NCBI GenBank assembly: GCA_043753995.1
Contig: JAYUVP010000227.1
Coordinates: 1 to 22,233, forward strand
Direction: 5' to 3'
Length of the DNA: 22,233 nucleotides
Origin: Fibrobacterota bacterium
GTDB lineage: Bacteria > Fibrobacterota > Fibrobacteria > UBA11236
Shown here: positions 16,573-22,233 of the stretch, one piece after another
Layout of the letters: every line of letters starts with the position of its first letter
Position numbering within the stretch: position 1 is the stretch's first letter
Notes under the pieces: model-generated
What the model saw: only the letters and a program-made list of their open reading frames with translations
Told to the model about the DNA's origin: nothing
The model's database searches: none
Program-made: the position numbers and the translations under genes

Positions 16573-16603
16573 GTTGATATTCCATAAATATGGTTTAGGA
16601 CTT

Positions 16604-16996
16604 TTACAATATGCCATGCTTTCTAAGATCGCTAGTTACCGAAGCTGGAGTGAATGGCTTGACGAGATAACCATCGCATCCATCGTGAAAGGAGCCAATT
16701 ATATGGTCTTTGTCATGAAGACCGGTTGACATGGCTATTTTCACCCGTTCCGTTCCGAAAATTTTCGCGGCATCTTCCTCCGCACGTATTTTTCGAAGCA
16801 CCTCGGTGCCGTCCATACCAGGCATTATGATGTCCAGCAAAATTAAGTCATAGGGGCAGCCGCTACGCAGAGCTTCTCGAAAAGCCTCACAAGCCTCTTC
16901 GCCAGTACAGGCCATTTCACAAATTCCAAATTTATTCAGCGTCACTTGTAAAATTTTACGGGAAGTGAACTCATCGTCTACAATAAGGATTTTCAT
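16604..16996 (-). CDS. Single-domain CheY-like response regulator
   Basis: ILIVDDEF, YDLILLDIIMPGMDG, MSTG, GCDGYLVKPF. Confidence 0.9.
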   Translation of the reverse strand: MKILIVDDEFTSRKILQVTLNKFGICEMACTGEEACEAFREALRSGCPYDLILLDIIMPGMDGTEVLRKIRAEEDAAKIFGTERVKIAMSTGLHDKDHIIGSFHDGCDGYLVKPFTPASVTSDLRKHGIL

Positions 16997-17002
16997 GAGG
17001 CG

Positions 17003-17031
17003 ATTTTATGACCTGTTTTGAATTTGGTCAA
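17003..17031 (-). promoter_or_regulatory. Sigma70-type promoter of the receiver pair (leaderless-type)
   Basis: Minus strand: TTGACC (17031-17026), 17 bp, TAAAAT (17008-17003), 6 nt, ATG 16996. Confidence 0.7.
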
Positions 17032-17063
17032 GTCTCTCAATTTTTCGGTTTGTCTTAAAGGCA

Positions 17064-17092
17064 TTTACTTCTATCACCGTTTTCGATATTAT
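17064..17092 (+). promoter_or_regulatory. Putative promoter of the second Hpt gene
   Basis: TTTACT, 17 bp, TATTAT. A second -10-like TAAAAT lies at 17099-17104. Confidence 0.4.
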
Positions 17093-17118
17093 GGAGTGTA
17101 AAATCAAAAGGTTGGACC

Positions 17119-17469
17119 ATGCAAAACGAAACGATCAATTTGAGCGTGATAGAAGAATTGAAAGCATGTTCCGGCGGGGACGCCCCAAACTTTTTCAAGG
17201 AAGTGCTTTCCACCTATATCTTGGAAACCGAGGAAAGGTTGCAAGCTTTGCGCAATGCCTTCCATTCCGCCGATGCGGGTCTGGTAGGTAAACTAGCCCA
17301 CTCGATGAATGGTACCAGCCAGAATGTCGGAGCTGAAATTTTTGCGCGACAAATGCAGGAATTTGAGCGTAAAGGTTATAAAAGCGTGCTGCCAAATGCT
17401 ATCCAATTAAAGGTAGCGGAAACCGAATTCATCAAGGTGAAGGCGGCTTTGTCAGCTTTGATCGCTTGA
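17119..17469 (+). CDS. Stand-alone Hpt protein (second, divergent paralog)
   Basis: LAHSMNGTSQNVGA with His at 17299. Aligns along its length with the first Hpt. Confidence 0.85.
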   Translation: MQNETINLSVIEELKACSGGDAPNFFKEVLSTYILETEERLQALRNAFHSADAGLVGKLAHSMNGTSQNVGAEIFARQMQEFERKGYKSVLPNAIQLKVAETEFIKVKAALSALIA

Positions 17470-17483
17470 GGCCGATTCAGTAC

Positions 17484-17942
17484 TTAGCTTGGTAAGATGG
17501 CCACGACGGTAGGTATAAGGCCCACCGAGATTTGCCGATCGGGACCTGACTCCAAGGTGAGACGTACGGGATGGGCTTGCCATTGTGAGGCACTCTCAAG
17601 CAATACCGGCAATCCCATTGTAAAGTCGGACTTACCTTCGTGTATCTTATCCATATAGCACCCAGCAATGACATTTGCGATTTCCAACAAGGTATCATTC
17701 ATGATACCGTCATCCAATGGATCGGAATATTGGCAAAATAGCACCGCGGTGATTTCATTCAAAAAGGGGCGATTCAGGAATATGTCGAGAAGACCGTCGT
17801 CTCCAAGAGAAACACGAGCGCCTACGCTATCCTTTTTTAAAGGTATTTCATCTGATCCAGAGTCCTGCATCGCGGTGAAGGCTAGGGTCTCAAGCGTATG
17901 ATACGCCGACTCGCGTAGCGCCTTTTCCTGAATAGATACCAT
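17484..17942 (-). CDS. CheX/CheC-like phosphatase
   Basis: TLETLAF and DTLLEIANVIAG (ExxN), FTMGLP. ATG 17942 lies 1 bp after the upstream receiver stop. Confidence 0.75.
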   Translation of the reverse strand: MVSIQEKALRESAYHTLETLAFTAMQDSGSDEIPLKKDSVGARVSLGDDGLLDIFLNRPFLNEITAVLFCQYSDPLDDGIMNDTLLEIANVIAGCYMDKIHEGKSDFTMGLPVLLESASQWQAHPVRLTLESGPDRQISVGLIPTVVAILPS

Positions 17943-17943
17943 C

Positions 17944-18318
17944 TCAATTCCCCATCCACTTGTCGAGAATAACCTTGACGGCACCCACGGTCACCGGCTT
18001 ATTCACGAAACCAAGCACCCCCAACTCAGAAAGGCGCTGATTGCGAACCGTATTAACCGCACTGCTGGCAATAATAACCGGAATATTCTGGGTAATTCCA
18101 GTAGTTTTTAGAGAATTGAGCAAGGCTTCGCCATCGATTTTGGGCATATTGAGATCTGCCACGATAAGATCAGGCAATTCATTTTTAGCGGTGGCTAAGG
18201 CGGTTTCACCATCACTTGCCTCAATGAAGATGGGTCCTTGAAGACCAGACATTTCAATGCATCGTCGCATGATCATTCGTGCTGTTTGAGAATCATCTAC
18301 AATAAGTATTTTCGGCAT
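17944..18318 (-). CDS. cheY: CheY-like response regulator of the cheA operon
   Basis: ILIVDDS, ADLNMPKIDG, IASS, FVNKP. GAGGAGG Shine-Dalgarno. Confidence 0.85.
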   Translation of the reverse strand: MPKILIVDDSQTARMIMRRCIEMSGLQGPIFIEASDGETALATAKNELPDLIVADLNMPKIDGEALLNSLKTTGITQNIPVIIASSAVNTVRNQRLSELGVLGFVNKPVTVGAVKVILDKWMGN

Positions 18319-18329
18319 ACTTTACCTCC

Positions 18330-18812
18330 TCATATTCTCACGGGATCACGTCCCGGAGTGGTGATTAAGACTTCGCCCGTCTTGGCGGCTATCGATACGG
18401 TACGACTGTAATTACCGCCAAGGTCTTCGGCGATGGGGCTAAAACCCAGGCGCCAAAGAATGCGTTTGATGGCAAGTTGATTCCGCTTACCAATATTGAA
18501 GGTACCCTTCGGGTCGAGAATGCTGGCGCCTCCGGCGAGCTTGACTCTGACCTGCCCAATGGCTTTGCGCCAGCCTAAACGCTGCATGTTTTCAAATAAA
18601 GCGGGGACTCCGGTGTCGGCAAAATACCCGATCCGGGTTGGCGGCCTGTCCTGGGCAACGGAGGAATCAGGCAATGCGACATGCAACATACCGACTATCC
18701 CGGAAACCGGATCATGGCAAAGCACAGCCACACAGGAGCCAAGGCCATAGGTTTTGATCACCTCATCAGGCTGCACCGTGGAGCCGTATTCGCCGACCCC
18801 TAGGATGATCAT
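18330..18812 (-). CDS. cheD: Chemoreceptor glutamine deamidase CheD
   Basis: TYGLGSCVAV, GMLHVALP, YFADTG, KLAGGA, IGKRN, EDLGGNYSRTV. ATGA overlap with cheB. Confidence 0.93.
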   Translation of the reverse strand: MIILGVGEYGSTVQPDEVIKTYGLGSCVAVLCHDPVSGIVGMLHVALPDSSVAQDRPPTRIGYFADTGVPALFENMQRLGWRKAIGQVRVKLAGGASILDPKGTFNIGKRNQLAIKRILWRLGFSPIAEDLGGNYSRTVSIAAKTGEVLITTPGRDPVRI

Positions 18813-19876
18813 CCTTTGCCCCTGGATGCGCTAGAATCTGCTACGGCTAAATGCCCAAGGATGGAGCCAGGTATCGAGTCGAGGGGTACCAAGCGTTCGG
18901 CCCCTCCTTTTTCATAAGCCACCTTGGGCATACCGAAAACCACGCAGGTGGCTTCGTCTTGCGCCACCGTGCGCGCGCCTTTTTTGCGCATGGCAAGCAT
19001 GCCCTCGGCTCCGTCCGAGCCCATACCGGTAAGCATGATTCCCAGGGCATTGGCGCCCACATCCTGAGCCACCGATTGCATGAGGACATCTACCGAGGGA
19101 CAATGCCCCGATACCTTGTCGCCGGGCTTGCATTCGACTTCATAAATACCTCCCGAACGCTTCACTCGCATTTGCATGCCACCCGGTGCAATGAGCACCC
19201 GGCCCGGTAAAATACGGTCCCCCGTTTTCGCTTCACGCACCTCCATCGGGCAAACTTGATTGAGACGTTCAGCGAACATTTGGGTAAATCCCGGAGGCAT
19301 ATGCTGCACGATGACGAAGCCGGGGGACGATACGGGAAAACAAGGCAAGATGCGACGTATAGCCTCCGTGCCTCCAGTGGATGCGCCGAGGGCTATGACC
19401 TTGTCCGTACTTTCCTTAAGATCGCGAGCGCGAGGTAGCGGAGGGGCCGAACGCCTTTCCTTCCAATGGCTCACATTGGCAGTAGCGGCCAATTTTATTT
19501 TAGTGCGCAATTCAACAAATACCTCAGCCAATTTGCGACCTTGATCACCACTGGGTTTGGCTACGAAATCGACTGCGCCTGCCTCAAGTGCCTCCAGGGT
19601 GATTTGCTTGCCCTTTTGGGTGAGCGAACTCAGCATGACCACGGGTATGGGATATTGGGGCATAAGTCGGTTCAAGAACTCGACCCCATCCATGCGCGGC
19701 ATTTCCACATCGAGAGTAAGCACGTCGGGCTGTAATTCGATAATGCGATCGCGCGCAATGAAGGGATCAGGTGCCGTGCCTACCACCTCGATACCAGGAT
19801 CGGCATCGAGTCCAGCTTGTACCAATTGGCGCACCAAGGCGGAATCATCGATAATCAGAACGCGAACCTTTTTCAT
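18809..19876 (-). CDS. cheB: Chemotaxis methylesterase CheB (receiver + catalytic domain)
   Basis: Receiver IIDDS / LDVEMP / KP, and catalytic GASTGG, VQHMP, PSVDVL, LTGMGSDG, VFGMP. Confidence 0.96.
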   Translation of the reverse strand: MKKVRVLIIDDSALVRQLVQAGLDADPGIEVVGTAPDPFIARDRIIELQPDVLTLDVEMPRMDGVEFLNRLMPQYPIPVVMLSSLTQKGKQITLEALEAGAVDFVAKPSGDQGRKLAEVFVELRTKIKLAATANVSHWKERRSAPPLPRARDLKESTDKVIALGASTGGTEAIRRILPCFPVSSPGFVIVQHMPPGFTQMFAERLNQVCPMEVREAKTGDRILPGRVLIAPGGMQMRVKRSGGIYEVECKPGDKVSGHCPSVDVLMQSVAQDVGANALGIMLTGMGSDGAEGMLAMRKKGARTVAQDEATCVVFGMPKVAYEKGGAERLVPLDSIPGSILGHLAVADSSASRGKG

Positions 19877-20736
19877 GTGCCTTCCTTACGTCGATAGACA
19901 GCAGGCCTGGAATAGGTGTAATGTTCGGTTTCACGCCCCAAGGTTTCTGAGTGGCCGAGATACAAATAACCGCCTGGAACTAGATATCTTGCCATGCTTG
20001 CGACCACTTGGGCTTTGGTGGGTCCGTCGAAATAAATCAGAACATTGCGACAGAAAATCGCATGGAAGGGGCGACGAAAGGGATAGGTTGGATTGATCAG
20101 GTTGAATCGCCTAAGGGTCACCAGACTTTTCAACGCCGGTACCACTTCGAAGTCCTCACCTCGGGGACGGAAATAGGTATCTCGCATATCAGGGGGTAAT
20201 TCCTGCATGCGATCGATGGGGTATATGCCGTTGCGAGCGACCGAGAGGGCGCGTTCGGAAATATCGGTGGCTAAGAGGGCTGCCTCCCAGATGCCATGCG
20301 ACGAACCAAAAGCTTCGTGCAAGCACATGGCAAGCATCCAAGGTTCTTCCCCAGTCGAGGAAGCTGCGCACCAGACTCGCAAGTCTTTGTCGCCCGTGGC
20401 AAGTCCCCGCTTGACCGCTTCGGGCAAGGCGACATCGCGGAAGTGAGCGAAATGCTCCTTCTCGCGATTGAAAAAGGTGTGATTAGTCGATAAGCGGTTA
20501 ATAAGCTCGCTCATTTCGCGACCACTTTGATCGGAAAGCACTCGCTGATAGTATTCCGCAAAGCTGATATTGCCGCGGTCGCGCAAAACCTTTTGCAATC
20601 GCCCCACCACCAGGCCCCGCTTCTCAGGGGCAAGTGCAATTCCGAATCCTGAATGCAATAGGTCACGAATAGCCTGGAATTCGGTATCGCCTATGCTACT
20701 GGTGATGTCATTCGCGCTATCTATTGTTTGTTTCAT
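19873..20736 (-). CDS. cheR: Chemotaxis methyltransferase CheR
   Basis: STNHTFFNRE, RVWCAASSTGEEP, ATDIS, IFCRNVLIYF, GHSETL. ATG 20736 overlaps the cheA stop (ATGA). Confidence 0.95.
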   Translation of the reverse strand: MKQTIDSANDITSSIGDTEFQAIRDLLHSGFGIALAPEKRGLVVGRLQKVLRDRGNISFAEYYQRVLSDQSGREMSELINRLSTNHTFFNREKEHFAHFRDVALPEAVKRGLATGDKDLRVWCAASSTGEEPWMLAMCLHEAFGSSHGIWEAALLATDISERALSVARNGIYPIDRMQELPPDMRDTYFRPRGEDFEVVPALKSLVTLRRFNLINPTYPFRRPFHAIFCRNVLIYFDGPTKAQVVASMARYLVPGGYLYLGHSETLGRETEHYTYSRPAVYRRKEGT

Positions 20737-22233
20737 ATCGTCCGCCTTGCTGGCTGAATATTCGCGCCAAGCTGGGTTCGTCGCACGCGTCCCGCCAATT
20801 CGGACAATCCCGCCACATCCAGAATGAGGGCAATGGTACCGTCGTCGAGGATAGAGCAACTGCTAACGCCATAGACCTTGCCGAAACAACTTGGTAAAGC
20901 CTTGACCACGGTCTGCTTCTGACCCAGCAAATTGTCGACGGCCAAGCAATAACGCTGATCCCGGGCAGCTACATGAATTAAAAGTCCCTTAGTCAAGTCC
21001 CCGCTACCTCCGGGAATGCCTAAGAGGCGAGTCAGTCTCACGATGGGCAAGGCCTTACCCCGCAGCATGAGCATCTCGCTTCCGTCAATCATGGACACGA
21101 TTTGATTTCGACTAGGTGCCATAGATTCGCAAACCGAAATCAAAGGCAAAATAAAGTGGGAATCACCGGCCTGCACCAGCATGCCATCCATAATGGATAA
21201 GGTGAGGGGTATACGCAAGGTGATTTGCGATCCACGTCCCGAATGGCTGCGTATTTGGATGCGACCGCCCAGCTTGTCGATATTGGATTTCACCACATCC
21301 ATACCCACGCCTCGTCCCGAGGTGGCGGTCACTGACTCGGCCGTACTAAAGCCCGGGCGAAAAATGAATTGAAAAACTTCATCGTCGGAAAGGGCAGAAG
21401 GATCGCCTTCGACCATACCACGTTCGATGGCCTTCTTGAGGATTTTCTCACGGCTTAGGCCGCGTCCGTCCTCGCCCACGGCAATGAGGATTTCGCCGCC
21501 ATCTTGGCTGGCCGCAAGTTCTAGGGTGCCAATCTCGGGCTTGCCGGCCACTAGGCGTTCGGCAGGAGTTTCCAGACCATGATCAATGGCATTACGAATC
21601 ATGTGCACCAAAGGGTCGGAAACCAAATCAACCAAGGTCTTGTCGACTTCAGTCTCGGATCCACGCAATTCGAGTTTGACTTGCTTGCCTACCTTGGCGG
21701 ACAAATCGTGCACTAGACGCGTCATTTTACGGAAGAGCCCATCGAGGGGAATCATGCGCACGCCAAGGGCCACCGATTGCAACTCGGCCACCACGCCACG
21801 TAGTTGGTGGGCAATTTTTTCAAGGTGGGGGTCATTGTCGGATCGCAAGGTGGGATAATTGAAAATCATTCCCGTGGAAATCACGAGTTCACCCACCAAA
21901 TCCATCAAGTGATCGAGTTTGGTGAGATCGACACGTAAGTCGCGCCGTGTGTTGATAGCGGTGCCGGGCCGGCCCGCTGGAGATGTAGCCAGCAGGGCAC
22001 TCGCTTCGGGGAGCTTGGTCGAAACAGTTTCGACAGGTGCCTCCAGAGAAGTGCTTAACACCGATGCCGTTTCGGTGTTCGCAGACATCGACTCCATGAC
22101 GTCCACGCGTGCCATCACCCCATCGGGATCAGGCAAGTGTGCCTGTGGGCCTAGAGGCAGGGTTTTGCGAAAGATATCGAGGCTAGCTAAGGCGACATTG
22201 ACCAAGTTCAGGGATATGGGTTGATTCGAACTG
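20733..22233 (-). CDS. cheA: Chemotaxis histidine kinase CheA, 5'-truncated by the window edge
   Basis: P3 LRVDLTKLDHLMDLVGELVI, P4 HMIRNAIDHGLE / EDGRGL / IFRPGFSTA / SGRGVGMDVV, and a P5 CheW-like domain. Frame stays open to the end of the window. Confidence 0.96.
   Translation of the reverse strand, partial: SSNQPISLNLVNVALASLDIFRKTLPLGPQAHLPDPDGVMARVDVMESMSANTETASVLSTSLEAPVETVSTKLPEASALLATSPAGRPGTAINTRRDLRVDLTKLDHLMDLVGELVISTGMIFNYPTLRSDNDPHLEKIAHQLRGVVAELQSVALGVRMIPLDGLFRKMTRLVHDLSAKVGKQVKLELRGSETEVDKTLVDLVSDPLVHMIRNAIDHGLETPAERLVAGKPEIGTLELAASQDGGEILIAVGEDGRGLSREKILKKAIERGMVEGDPSALSDDEVFQFIFRPGFSTAESVTATSGRGVGMDVVKSNIDKLGGRIQIRSHSGRGSQITLRIPLTLSIMDGMLVQAGDSHFILPLISVCESMAPSRNQIVSMIDGSEMLMLRGKALPIVRLTRLLGIPGGSGDLTKGLLIHVAARDQRYCLAVDNLLGQKQTVVKALPSCFGKVYGVSSCSILDDGTIALILDVAGLSELAGRVRRTQLGANIQPARRTI

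Noticed and set aside
20737..20859. 41-aa N-terminal extension of CheR
   Set aside because: It overlaps the cheA 3' end, and ATG 20736 gives the ATGA coupling also seen at cheR/cheB and cheB/cheD.
18330..22233. No cheW or MCP in the che operon
   Set aside because: The operon is cut by the window edge, so these genes may lie upstream of cheA.

Overview
Gene-dense bacterial chromosomal window with no rRNA, tRNA, CRISPR, IS or phage signal. Gene content and protein style suggest a Gram-negative organism, possibly Fibrobacterota-like; this is an impression only. The left two-thirds is housekeeping and envelope genes: a 5'-truncated secretin, a SprT-like HExxH metalloprotease, trmB, gatB, a small membrane protein, an atypical rho, an OsmC-family gene, a group-I birA, an OmpA protein with TSP3 repeats plus a lipoprotein, a NUDIX hydrolase, a lipoprotein/beta-barrel pair and a YkgJ-family protein. 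The right third is a chemosensory hub: a cheX-cheX-cheY operon with its own promoter, an AT-richer block with two stand-alone Hpt and two stand-alone receiver genes, and the 3' part of a cheA-cheR-cheB-cheD-cheY-cheX(-like) operon. Main leads: (1) the SprT-like protease has an N-terminal QLDLF beta-clamp-binding consensus on a disordered linker, resembling the PCNA-tethered eukaryotic protease SPRTN; (2) the HTH-less BirA has a natural Ser at the R118-equivalent position, the TurboID substitution; (3) a possible branched Che/Hpt phosphorelay with three CheX-type phosphatases; (4) a Rho with a bipolar acidic/basic N-terminus and a degenerate primary RNA-binding site; (5) several genes that look leaderless.
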